DNA of 64,000 nucleotides from an uncultured Candidatus Saccharibacteria bacterium (GTDB lineage Bacteria; Patescibacteriota; Minisyncoccia; Phycocordibacterales; UBA2100): NCBI GenBank assembly GCA_964654205.1, contig CAZZHR010000001.1, positions 65,953 to 129,952 of the forward strand, read 5' to 3'. Shown piece by piece: positions 28,992 to 37,250 of this stretch (position 1 is its first letter; each line of letters starts with the position of its first letter). The notes under the pieces were generated by a model. It saw only the letters and a program-made list of their open reading frames with translations, ran no database searches and was not told where the DNA came from. The position numbers and the translations under genes were made by a program.

Positions 28992-29453
28992 TTGAGCTGT
29001 ATGCCAACGCAGCACACCAGTGTGCATTGGAAGACGTACGTGAAGCTCCTCGGTGCAATCTTCATACTCTGCGGACTTCTCTTCCTCGTGCTGCCACTCT
29101 TTATTCCCCGCACTGGTGACCCGGGAGCGCCTCCGTTCATGGGCACGAGCGCCCACCTTCCGCAAGAAGCGCCAGAACCCACTCCCCGCGACGTCGTACC
29201 TGCGCAACGCGGCTTTCAACATCTCGTGTCCCATACTGATACCGGGTTCGCCCCACTTTCACTCGAAGTCGAGTTTGGTGAAGTCGTGCGCTTCGTCAAC
29301 ATCAGCAAGCGCACCACGCAGATATCGGTCGGTGAAGACACATCCGCCCCGCTAGAGCGAGGAATGTACTGGGAGTACGTGGTTTCTAGTGAAGGGGTGC
29401 TCGGATACCGCAGTTCTGCCACGGAAAGCGGTGGAACGATCATTATTCAATGA
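28992..29453 (+). CDS. Small membrane-anchored beta-sandwich (cupredoxin-like) protein, copy B
   Basis: TM helix, then 'HLVSHTDTGFAPLSLEVEFGEVVRFVNISK' and C-terminal 'YWEYVV', paralogous to 24400..24903. Confidence 0.55.
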   Translation: MSCMPTQHTSVHWKTYVKLLGAIFILCGLLFLVLPLFIPRTGDPGAPPFMGTSAHLPQEAPEPTPRDVVPAQRGFQHLVSHTDTGFAPLSLEVEFGEVVRFVNISKRTTQISVGEDTSAPLERGMYWEYVVSSEGVLGYRSSATESGGTIIIQ

Positions 29454-29463
29454 AACATCGTTT

Positions 29464-31179
29464 ATGAGTCGCATATTCGCAGCTTCACTATTCGCGCTCG
29501 CGCTCTGCACTGTCTCAGTCTCGATTGTCGGTGCGCAATCTCCTACCGAGCCAGGTTCGCCTACGGCGTGCTCGACCAATAATGCGCTTTTCGATATCCC
29601 CGGCGAACACAGCTTTACCGTGCCGGATGGCGTAAGCGAGATACGGGTGACGGTAGTCGGCGGCGGCGGGGGTGGTGGTGCCGGCGCAGGTGGATGGGGA
29701 AGCGGCGGCGGCGGTGGGTGCGGCGGCGGCGTAGTTGGAAGCGTGCTGCGCGTCACGCCAGGGCAGATCATACCGCTTACCGTGGGTGAGGGTGGCGCAG
29801 GCGGTAACGGGTCACAGCAATGTTCATATTCGGGATTTCCGTGGTGCGGATCACACTACGCAGCGGCCAACGGAAATTCAGGTTCGAGGTCTTCATTTGC
29901 GAACGTTGCAGCCCCAGGGGGCGGGTGGGGACGTACCGGATTCTACAATCTTTTCAACAATCATGCGGGCGGCTCAGGCGGCGGCTCAGGCGGCGGTGGG
30001 GGCGGGAACGGATGGCCAGGATTTTACAGTACACCAGGTTCGGGCGGCACCGCTGGCGGGCAGACCAACAGCCAAGGTGCGGGAGGGTACTGCACGGGAG
30101 GCGGCTGGCAGGCAGATCTTGCTTCGCTCATACGCAATGCGCCGTATGCCGCTGGCGCGGGCGGGTACGCGCCAGGAGGAGCTGTGTACTGGGGCGGCGG
30201 AGGCGGAGGAGGACTCATCATCGGTGATACGGCGGCGGGGGGTGGCGATGGCGCAGACAGCCCGAACAACGGTGGCAAAGGGTACGGCGGTGGGGGTGGA
30301 GCTGCAGGTCTCCAAAACCGGGGCGCAGGAGGTGCGGGCGCATCCGGAGCGGTGTATATCGAGTGGGATGGCGGCGTCTCCAGCGCATCATGCAGAACAT
30401 CGTGCTCTGTGTCTTTCGACGAAAACCCACTCGACGGCGATTCGACGATTATACGGTGGAGTGCGCCGAACGCTACGTTGTTTTACATAAAGAATGTGGG
30501 TTATGTAAGCGGTTCTGGTTCTGCACGGGTGTATGCGCCCGGAGACTACAGCGGGTACGCGTCTGGCGTAGCAGGAAGTGCATACTGTCCGGCGGTACTG
30601 GCAGGGAAGGGAGTGCAATGCACGGCAGACTCGAGTGTGTGCGGCGTCGACGGTAATCTACACAATGCGTGCGGAGAAACGACATCGTGCCCGTTCGGCT
30701 GTTCGTACGCGACGAATCGATGTCATGCGACCTGCCAAGCGAGTCGCGTGTGCAGCGCGGGTGGTGAGGCGGTGCTCAACTCCTGCAGCGGCGCCGTTGT
30801 AGAGAATTGCGGCGGTCGCGGTGCGGGCTGGTCGTGCGAAGCGGGTACCTGTGTGCCGCCTGGACCTCCCTCGTTCCAGACTTTCGACACAGGAGAGCTC
30901 GAGCTGAGCGGCCGTCTTACCGCGCGACCATCGCTCGTATCGCCAGGCTCAGTATCCACTGTGTACTGGAACGTGCGAAATGCCGCAAGCTGCGCGGTGA
31001 GCGGAACCAACGGCGATGCGTGGACAGGCCTCTTCTCCGGGACGCAGGGCAAGCGTACGCTTCCGATTACCGGCGAGGTTGTCTACTCACTTACCTGCGC
31101 GTCACTTCCGGGGGTTACCCCCACGTCGATCACGGATTCTGTCACTGTCCGTACGATACCGGCGTTCCAGGAAATCTAG
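29464..31179 (+). CDS. Secreted glycine-rich-domain protein (copy B) with Cys-rich middle region and conserved C-terminal module
   Basis: Signal peptide MSRIFAASLFALALCTVSVSIVGA. 'FTVPDGVSEIRVTVVGGGGGGGAGAGGWGSGGGGGCGGG'. The C-terminal module is shared with copy A and with 41256..42218. Confidence 0.7.
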   Translation: MSRIFAASLFALALCTVSVSIVGAQSPTEPGSPTACSTNNALFDIPGEHSFTVPDGVSEIRVTVVGGGGGGGAGAGGWGSGGGGGCGGGVVGSVLRVTPGQIIPLTVGEGGAGGNGSQQCSYSGFPWCGSHYAAANGNSGSRSSFANVAAPGGGWGRTGFYNLFNNHAGGSGGGSGGGGGGNGWPGFYSTPGSGGTAGGQTNSQGAGGYCTGGGWQADLASLIRNAPYAAGAGGYAPGGAVYWGGGGGGGLIIGDTAAGGGDGADSPNNGGKGYGGGGGAAGLQNRGAGGAGASGAVYIEWDGGVSSASCRTSCSVSFDENPLDGDSTIIRWSAPNATLFYIKNVGYVSGSGSARVYAPGDYSGYASGVAGSAYCPAVLAGKGVQCTADSSVCGVDGNLHNACGETTSCPFGCSYATNRCHATCQASRVCSAGGEAVLNSCSGAVVENCGGRGAGWSCEAGTCVPPGPPSFQTFDTGELELSGRLTARPSLVSPGSVSTVYWNVRNAASCAVSGTNGDAWTGLFSGTQGKRTLPITGEVVYSLTCASLPGVTPTSITDSVTVRTIPAFQEI

Positions 31180-31257
31180 GCTTCGCTTGCAGCTCGGTGG
31201 CATGCGAGCATAGGTGCGCCAAAGCGTGTGGAGAGCGGACACCTTATAGAAAAAAAT

Positions 31258-31285
31258 GGCCGGCGCTGGAGCTCCAACGCCGGCC
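31258..31285. terminator. Long GC hairpin (GGCCGGCGCTGGAG/CTCCAACGCCGGCC) flanked by an A-run and a T-rich run
   Basis: Read directly. It is downstream of the glycine-rich gene B. Confidence 0.55.
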
Positions 31286-31407
31286 TTATTGTGTTGTCCG
31301 TTTAGTTAGAACGGACGGCAGCGGCATCGAGCTCGAAAAGAACCGAGAACTCCGCTTGCGCGGATGCTGGTTCGTAGTTCTTCTGAACTCGACCATTATC
31401 AATGTAC

Positions 31408-31461
31408 TTCCCCTCATATGAATCGTCAATGAGGGGAAGCCGGCGGGCGAGACCGCCCGCC
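31408..31461. other. Two adjacent perfect hairpins (CTTCCCCTCAT..ATGAGGGGAAG; CCGGCGGGC-GAGACC-GCCCGCCGG) without U-tracts
   Basis: Read directly. They lie downstream of the minus-strand peptide gene 31487..31687. Confidence 0.5.
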
Positions 31462-31486
31462 GGCCCGGCGTGCCTCTACAGCAGGC

Positions 31487-31687
31487 CTAGTGCTGAGTCC
31501 TCCAAATTGCCTTTTGGAAGAACGCCGGCTCGCGATCCCAGACATCCGAGGAATCGGGTGATTCCTGAGGCTCCGAGATAGGTGCCGTGCACATCGTGCG
31601 CTGCTGTGCGTGGACGAGCGGTGTCGCAGCAACGACCCCGAGCGCCAAAAGCAACGCCATCTTTTCCCGCATGAGAGCTCCTTTCAT
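31487..31687 (-). CDS. Small exported peptide (67 aa; signal peptide plus ~40-aa acidic mature region with 1 Cys)
   Basis: MKGALMREKMALLLALGVVAATPLVHA signal-like N-terminus. A TTGACT promoter-like element lies upstream on the minus strand. Confidence 0.4.
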   Translation of the reverse strand: MKGALMREKMALLLALGVVAATPLVHAQQRTMCTAPISEPQESPDSSDVWDREPAFFQKAIWRTQH

Positions 31688-31771
31688 GCGAGCGGGCACA
31701 GTGCCACTGCGTCACTGTTACACCCGACCCCTGCTTGGGGCATACAGACCGTACTGCGGACAGCTGTGTCA

Positions 31772-31811
31772 GTCAACAAAAAACATAAGAAAGCCCGGCG
31801 GAAGCCGGGCT
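31772..31811 (-). terminator. Minus-strand rho-independent terminator (GCCCGGC-GGAA-GCCGGGC followed by a U-rich run on the minus strand)
   Basis: ~40 bp downstream of the 31849..32073(-) gene. Confidence 0.65.
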
Positions 31812-31848
31812 CAGTTAAACGAGGTGACGCAAGGTCCCTCGCGTGTCG

Positions 31849-32073
31849 TCACCTCGTCTTCGTGGTCTTCTTCGCAGGGACGCGCCGCGGCTGATCCACG
31901 GGGCACACTTTAGTGCCCATACACTTGTTGTAGCACACCTGTGCGGCGCGGGTATTCGCCGCGCAACCGCCCCGAACGCCGCCACAGACGGTCGTGCAGT
32001 GGCCGGGGGTGCGCCCCCAGGACTCGGTAGGAATGAGGAGGCTGAGAGTTCCGAACAGCAGAAGAGCTTTCAT
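31849..32073 (-). CDS. Cysteine-rich small secreted peptide (74 aa; Sec-type signal plus 54-aa mature region with 6 Cys, Lys/Arg-rich tail)
   Basis: MKALLLFGTLSLLIPTESWG leader. Mature 'HCTTVCGGVRGGCAANTRAAQVCYNKCMGTKVC'. AGGAG RBS 6 nt upstream. Own terminator. An operator-like palindrome lies just upstream. Confidence 0.6.
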   Translation of the reverse strand: MKALLLFGTLSLLIPTESWGRTPGHCTTVCGGVRGGCAANTRAAQVCYNKCMGTKVCPVDQPRRVPAKKTTKTR

Positions 32074-32089
32074 ACCGCACTCCTTTCAT

Positions 32090-32109
32090 GTACCGATACC
32101 TATCGGTAC
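32090..32109. promoter_or_regulatory. Operator-like inverted repeat GTACCGATA-CC-TATCGGTAC, 17 bp upstream of the Cys-rich peptide start codon
   Basis: 9-bp perfect arms. The same GTACCGAT/ATCGGTAC arms flank the PaaX-like gene at 58992..59025 and, as the variant GTACCAAT, at 59591..59624. Confidence 0.55.
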
Positions 32110-32131
32110 CCAGACATATGTATGCCATGCA

Positions 32132-32143
32132 CATGACGTCATG
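32132..32143. promoter_or_regulatory. Palindrome CATGACGTCATG in the divergent promoter region
   Basis: Read directly. Confidence 0.35.
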
Positions 32144-32197
32144 TCCAATGATCGATACGTGTCGAGGAAACAAGCGTACATGGCATAGAATAATGGG

Positions 32198-33415
32198 ATG
32201 CGCATGCTTTCTGGTCCTGTGAGATATGGATACGCGGCACTCGCACTCGCACTCGCTGTAGCTGCCGTCGTGTACGCTCACGTTAGAGAACGAGCACTTA
32301 TCACTGACATCTTGTACGCGTGCATGGAAACACACGAGAACGATTTCAGTCGTTATGATCTGTGTGTACGAGATGCGGTGCGATCCTCTCTTGCTGATTA
32401 CGACGCACGGATGCTACTCGCCGCCGTAGTCTCCCCTGATTCGCCTCCACGAGTGCAGCAGCAATGCCACTTCTATGGCCACGTCATCGGGGTGGAGTTA
32501 TTCAACAGAACCGCTTCACTCGAAGAATCACTAGCTCAATGCAGTGCTGCATGTAGAAACGCGTGCGTACACGGCTCCTTCGCCGCTGCGGTTGCACACG
32601 AGTTTGGCGTGACGCGCTCCGCACAGGAAGACGTCGCGCACGGAGATGTCGCAAGGTTAAGAGAAATCGGGAAAGTGTACTGCACGCGCCCATCACTCTG
32701 TCACGGGGTCGGACACGTGGCTTTCGGGTTGAGCAGTGAAATAACGGCTGCATTGGATATCTGCGACGCTGTCACAGTCTCGGCGCTCAGAGAATGCTAC
32801 GAAGGGGTGTTTATGGAAAGCTCCGGTGACTCGATGTCGCTTCTTGGTATCGAGAGTGTCGTGGTCGACGGTACAGAGGTCGGGGCGCCATGCACGAACT
32901 TCGAGGGTAAACGCCAGCGCGCATGCTTTCGATATTTGTATCCCATCCAGAAAACATACTACATACGCGAGGGGACTCTCGATGCGGGCGAGCGGCTGCA
33001 GGCCTCGTTCGATACGTGCCTGAAATTCGGAGGACGTACGAGTCTGGATTGTATCGAGGGGCTTGCCGTATTCCTGGAAGATGAGTTCTTGGGTAATCGG
33101 TCAGAAATTATCGATTTTTGCAACCGTATGTCTCTCGATGAATACGAGCTTTCGTGTCTGCTCGGCGTCGTTCGAAGACAGATCGCTAACAGGAAGTATG
33201 TGGATGCAGTCGAATATTGTGCAAGACAGGAATTTGAAGCAGTTCAGGACGAGTGCCTGGTTGCAGCGTTCCAGTGGATGGCAACGCATGGGTTTGGTGA
33301 TGGAGCAATCAAGCGTGTGTGTGACAGTTCGCAGCTACCTGCTATCTGCGGCGCGCGATACGCGGAGTACAGAGAGGCGAGCACTAGGTACCCGGATTAC
33401 GTTAATGGGGATTGA
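32198..33415 (+). CDS. Cysteine-rich exported/membrane-anchored protein (20 Cys, repeated C-H..G-H motifs)
   Basis: N-terminal signal anchor MRMLSGPVRYGYAALALALAVAAVVYA. 'QCHFYGHVIG' and 'LCHGVGHVAFG' repeats. No homolog recognised. Confidence 0.55.
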   Translation: MRMLSGPVRYGYAALALALAVAAVVYAHVRERALITDILYACMETHENDFSRYDLCVRDAVRSSLADYDARMLLAAVVSPDSPPRVQQQCHFYGHVIGVELFNRTASLEESLAQCSAACRNACVHGSFAAAVAHEFGVTRSAQEDVAHGDVARLREIGKVYCTRPSLCHGVGHVAFGLSSEITAALDICDAVTVSALRECYEGVFMESSGDSMSLLGIESVVVDGTEVGAPCTNFEGKRQRACFRYLYPIQKTYYIREGTLDAGERLQASFDTCLKFGGRTSLDCIEGLAVFLEDEFLGNRSEIIDFCNRMSLDEYELSCLLGVVRRQIANRKYVDAVEYCARQEFEAVQDECLVAAFQWMATHGFGDGAIKRVCDSSQLPAICGARYAEYREASTRYPDYVNGD

Positions 33416-33420
33416 CGTTT

Positions 33421-34962
33421 CTAGTCGTTGCGCGAGCGGAAGATGGGAATAACGACGAACCTCGCCATTACGTATGCGAGCGTACCGAACCACGCGATCC
33501 ACCAGAACGCGATAAGCTCGTCAACAAATGGGCTCATACGCTCTTGCAGCACCGTCTTCCTCGCCGGGTCGTTGCCCTCGAGTGCGGGGATTGTGAGCAG
33601 ACCATCTTCATCCACATCATGTGTCGGTGACCTTGAGGACACGAGGAGATTATAGTAGAAGTTTTTTCGGGGGTGTCCGACTACGGTAGCGCCATCCTCC
33701 ACGAGACGTATCCAGTTATTGTGTGCAAAAGGTTTATACGAAAGCTGACATGCATCGTCCTCACTCACTATCCGGTAGAACGGACCGCCATTGATCGAGT
33801 GGTCAAAAGTCCAAGATATGCGCTCGATGTGATGACCTCTCCTGCATGCGTTCCGCAGTGCGAACCAGTAGTCGTATGGATCGCATCGGTTTGATGACGC
33901 ATACGAACTTCTGACCGCGCTTCGCGACTCTCCATTCGTCATATGGACGGTTTCGCGCGAAATACACTGATGATTTGCTTCAAACATGTACAGCCCGTAG
34001 TTGTTCCCCTCCAACGTCATCTTCTCGTCGCCAGGGATAATGATCGAGACGAACTGTCCCGCCATCATGAGAGCCAGAAGCACGAATCCGGGCAATGCCC
34101 TCCTGTCGAGCGGGACTTTGCGCACGTAGTGCAAAGAGGGAATGGCAAAGAGTATTATCAACATCACCAGCGCAACGGATGGATACCGGTACCCCACGAG
34201 AATGCCGGAATAGACATGAAAGAGGATAAAATAGACAAGAGCGGTACGCTGAAGGATCGGCGAATTGGTCAACAAAAACCACGAGCCGATAATCTGCATG
34301 GCGATCACGATCCCGGTTACGACGGGGGCAACAGCATCGCCGAAAAGGGGCAAGCCCGTCTGCAGAGAAGTGAAATACGTACCCAAGATCCACCCCTCGT
34401 GTATCTTTATCGTGGAGGCTAGGAAGTATAGCCACACGAACGAGAGCCGGAGGAAGAAATGTTTGTGCGGAAGGAACAGCAGGACGAGCATCAGTATGAC
34501 GTCGTAGTACTCGTAGTTCCCACTCAATTTCTTTGAAAGCACGAACAGAAAAAAGACTTTCACTATCCAAAGGACAAGCAGCAAAAAATGAGCCGATTCC
34601 CAGTCTTTTTTGTACATCAGGTATACGACTGTGAGCATGATGCAGAACAAGCCCATGTAGAGCAGCATCTGCGAATAGCCATGTGGATGAGCTACAACAA
34701 AGTAGAGCCATTCACAATTCTGGAAGTAAGGCCAACACACAAACGTATTGTCTTGAATCGAAGACAATGAAAATGCGGGATTCGTACTCCATCGTGCAAA
34801 CCCGGTAAAAAAGGAAAGAAGTAAACCACCAGCTGCGATCTGCAAAACGATATCCCTCGTGATTTCGGAAATGGAAAATGCCCTTCTATACCAGTACGTA
34901 AAGTACTTGCCAAATGCGGCCTCGAGGTGGCTGGAGGGTGGAAGACGTGGATCGTCGTGCAT
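33421..34962 (-). CDS. Polytopic membrane protein, HTTM/vitamin-K-dependent gamma-carboxylase-like (tentative)
   Basis: About 8 TM helices, 'WLYFLASTIKIHEGWILGTYF' resembling the HTTM 'ΦYΦΦAGΦKKΦ..DW' segment, a ~200-aa soluble C-terminal domain and a final TM. It starts 1 bp after the YcaO stop, so it is in the same operon. Confidence 0.4.
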   Translation of the reverse strand: MHDDPRLPPSSHLEAAFGKYFTYWYRRAFSISEITRDIVLQIAAGGLLLSFFTGFARWSTNPAFSLSSIQDNTFVCWPYFQNCEWLYFVVAHPHGYSQMLLYMGLFCIMLTVVYLMYKKDWESAHFLLLVLWIVKVFFLFVLSKKLSGNYEYYDVILMLVLLFLPHKHFFLRLSFVWLYFLASTIKIHEGWILGTYFTSLQTGLPLFGDAVAPVVTGIVIAMQIIGSWFLLTNSPILQRTALVYFILFHVYSGILVGYRYPSVALVMLIILFAIPSLHYVRKVPLDRRALPGFVLLALMMAGQFVSIIIPGDEKMTLEGNNYGLYMFEANHQCISRETVHMTNGESRSAVRSSYASSNRCDPYDYWFALRNACRRGHHIERISWTFDHSINGGPFYRIVSEDDACQLSYKPFAHNNWIRLVEDGATVVGHPRKNFYYNLLVSSRSPTHDVDEDGLLTIPALEGNDPARKTVLQERMSPFVDELIAFWWIAWFGTLAYVMARFVVIPIFRSRND

Positions 34963-34963
34963 A

Positions 34964-36484
34964 TTACGGGAACGGATGCGGCCACGGATTCAAAGAAGTT
35001 CCCTCCACACCCAGACGCGACGCGGCTTCACGTAATCTCGGCGCCGCTATCGTCGCGCGATGCTCGCGCAGATACAGGTTGATGAGCCTTGGCACGATAC
35101 ATTTTACAACGTTGTATCCTACATCCTTGAGAACAGGACTCCTGGCCTCGAAGCAATAAACCTCATATCCTTCGCCGAGCCTGCGACATTCATCAAGCAC
35201 GTGGGAAAGTCTCTCCTGCACGTGAGGACTAATGTGCGCTGTAGGAGCCATGAACTCTTCAACGTCTCGGTCTTTACCTTGGATGAAGAAATCCAGTCTC
35301 TCCACCCACGCTTCTCCGTGCCACATTTTCATCCGGACGTTGCGCCCGATCCCTGGAGTCAAGAATGGCTCGTACTTCTCGTCCAATGGCATGCCGCTGA
35401 CTTCCGGCTGCCCCGAAAGTACTGCAAGCGCTTCCCCGGCACTCTGCCGTGCCATCTCATTGTAGTCGAAACCGCTGGCTGCCCCGACACCGATGTGACT
35501 GCCTTTTCTGTCGACGAGGACACAGGCGAGACTCGGTATGTTCAGGTCACTCGTGATGTCCATAAAATGCACATCTAGATGATATCGGTGGAAGTACTCG
35601 ATAAGCGTGCGGGTGGCTTCTGGTGCGCTTTCCGGTCGTATTCTCGGGGGAGCAGCCCGCAGCAGCCAATAGAGAAGAAATCCGTCGCGCTGGATGTTTT
35701 CCAGTAGCGCGCCAAGCAGGGCTTCTTCTCGTGTGAAATGGCCGGCAGCACCGTTCGTGGTGGAGTCGCCCAAAATGGGTTCCTCGACATCTCGATCGAA
35801 ATCGTAGCTCCAGAAGGCAAGCTGTGCGGGGATGTACGCCTCGACTCCGCTCAGGATCTCTTTTCCTCGCACCCAATAGATGGGTGATTCTGCTGATCGT
35901 TCGTAGCGCTTGAATCGGGCACGCTGTTCGTCCGAATATCCATTCAGGGAAAAAATATCGAGGCATCGAGCGCCGCTTTCCAGTATGAGACGTTGAGATG
36001 TTCGCACAAGCGAGTCCCGCTGGTACTGGCGAAGGAAATGCCTTTCGAGAACTTCTCCAACAACGCGCGAAAGGCTTTCCTGTATGTCGTTGGTACTCGA
36101 GAATCCCGCGTACAGTACGTCTTGCGCATCCGTATCCGAGGATCCTGCAGCCCGCAGACGTACTGATGCCACCTTGGGCAAGTCGTTGCGCTGGGAAGGA
36201 AAGAAGAAGTACGGCTCCGCTATGACACGATTGCGATACAAATATGACAGCAGGTGTCGCCAATTGGGTGGCGTGTCGTGCAGGGTTACATATGAGTTTT
36301 GTACACCGTCGATATCTCGAAGGAGGAGCGAGAGTCGCAGTGCGAGGCGTCTCCGATACGAAAGAGTGCTCTTGAAGCGAGAACATGGAGCAATTTCCTC
36401 TCGTATGGCGGCAGCGCTCGGCACGATTCTGTAGGGAGGAAAAGGGCGATGGGGCTGCCCAAGGTCGTTCTGCTCTCTATTCAT
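34964..36484 (-). CDS. YcaO-domain protein (ATP-dependent amide-backbone-activating enzyme family)
   Basis: Signature 'DSTTNGAAGHFTREEALLGALLENIQRDGF' (S/T-NG-A-A-G ... E..ERD). About 500 aa. The start is ambiguous (Met at 36484 has a better RBS; the ORF extends to 36604). Confidence 0.75.
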   Translation of the reverse strand: MNREQNDLGQPHRPFPPYRIVPSAAAIREEIAPCSRFKSTLSYRRRLALRLSLLLRDIDGVQNSYVTLHDTPPNWRHLLSYLYRNRVIAEPYFFFPSQRNDLPKVASVRLRAAGSSDTDAQDVLYAGFSSTNDIQESLSRVVGEVLERHFLRQYQRDSLVRTSQRLILESGARCLDIFSLNGYSDEQRARFKRYERSAESPIYWVRGKEILSGVEAYIPAQLAFWSYDFDRDVEEPILGDSTTNGAAGHFTREEALLGALLENIQRDGFLLYWLLRAAPPRIRPESAPEATRTLIEYFHRYHLDVHFMDITSDLNIPSLACVLVDRKGSHIGVGAASGFDYNEMARQSAGEALAVLSGQPEVSGMPLDEKYEPFLTPGIGRNVRMKMWHGEAWVERLDFFIQGKDRDVEEFMAPTAHISPHVQERLSHVLDECRRLGEGYEVYCFEARSPVLKDVGYNVVKCIVPRLINLYLREHRATIAAPRLREAASRLGVEGTSLNPWPHPFP

Positions 36485-36527
36485 GCTTGGAGTATACCCC
36501 TCTGTGCGCAAGAATAATTCCTGTACT

Positions 36528-37250
36528 ATGAGCGGCATGCAGAAGGGTTTTTTCGGTGCGTTCCACGAGGAAACTAAACGACAATGGCCTCCGAAGAGTC
36601 CCATTCCGTTTGATAGTCAGCTGTGGCCAGATGAGTGGAAAATCATACGCTATAAAACATACGAAAGGATGGAGAAAATACCGCTGTCTCACGGTTTGGT
36701 GGAGGCGGATCTATTCGCACTCATAAAGAATCGGCGGTCAAAGCGGGGATTCACTCGCAGCCCGTTACGTAAGGAACAATTGTCAATACTCCTTTCGTAC
36801 GGATGCGGATTGCACGGCACGCATCGGGCGCAGCCGTCGGCGGGAAAGCGGTATCCGCTCGAGGTGTATCCGCTCGTCGTCATTTCCGATGATGTGGCAC
36901 CAGGTATGTATCATTACGATGTGCGTGAGCACCGCCTCGACGTGCTCTCACAAAAAAATGTGTCGAGTGAAGACCTCTCTCGCTTGTTCACGTATCCGTG
37001 GGCTGGCGATATTTCTCTGGCGATATTCGTCACAGCGGTCTTTGAACGCAATTTCGTGAAGTACGGCGACAGGGGGTACCGGCAAATCTTGCTCGAAGCG
37101 GGTCATGTGGGACAGAATCTGTACCTGGTTGCCGAGTCTCTGCAACTACAATGCACCGCAATGGACGGTTTCATAGACCGGGAAGTCGAAAAGTTTCTGG
37201 ATATTGATGGGGTCACTGAGTCCGTGGTCTATTCGATGGTGTTCGGCTGA
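36528..37250 (+). CDS. SagB/McbC-type (nitroreductase-fold) FMN dehydrogenase
   Basis: 'LIKNRRSKRGF', 'PSAGKRYPLEVY' and 'GYRQILLEAGHVGQNLYL' nitroreductase-family motifs. Divergent from YcaO. The start is ambiguous (36528, 36537 or 36669). Confidence 0.7.
   Translation: MSGMQKGFFGAFHEETKRQWPPKSPIPFDSQLWPDEWKIIRYKTYERMEKIPLSHGLVEADLFALIKNRRSKRGFTRSPLRKEQLSILLSYGCGLHGTHRAQPSAGKRYPLEVYPLVVISDDVAPGMYHYDVREHRLDVLSQKNVSSEDLSRLFTYPWAGDISLAIFVTAVFERNFVKYGDRGYRQILLEAGHVGQNLYLVAESLQLQCTAMDGFIDREVEKFLDIDGVTESVVYSMVFG

Noticed and set aside
31426-31632. 68-aa minus-strand ORF
   Set aside because: Arg/Ser-rich junk composition overlapping hairpin-rich intergenic DNA and the 31487..31687 peptide gene in another frame.
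35547-36386. 279-aa minus-strand alternative-frame ORF
   Set aside because: It lies within the YcaO gene in another frame. The YcaO frame carries the conserved motif.
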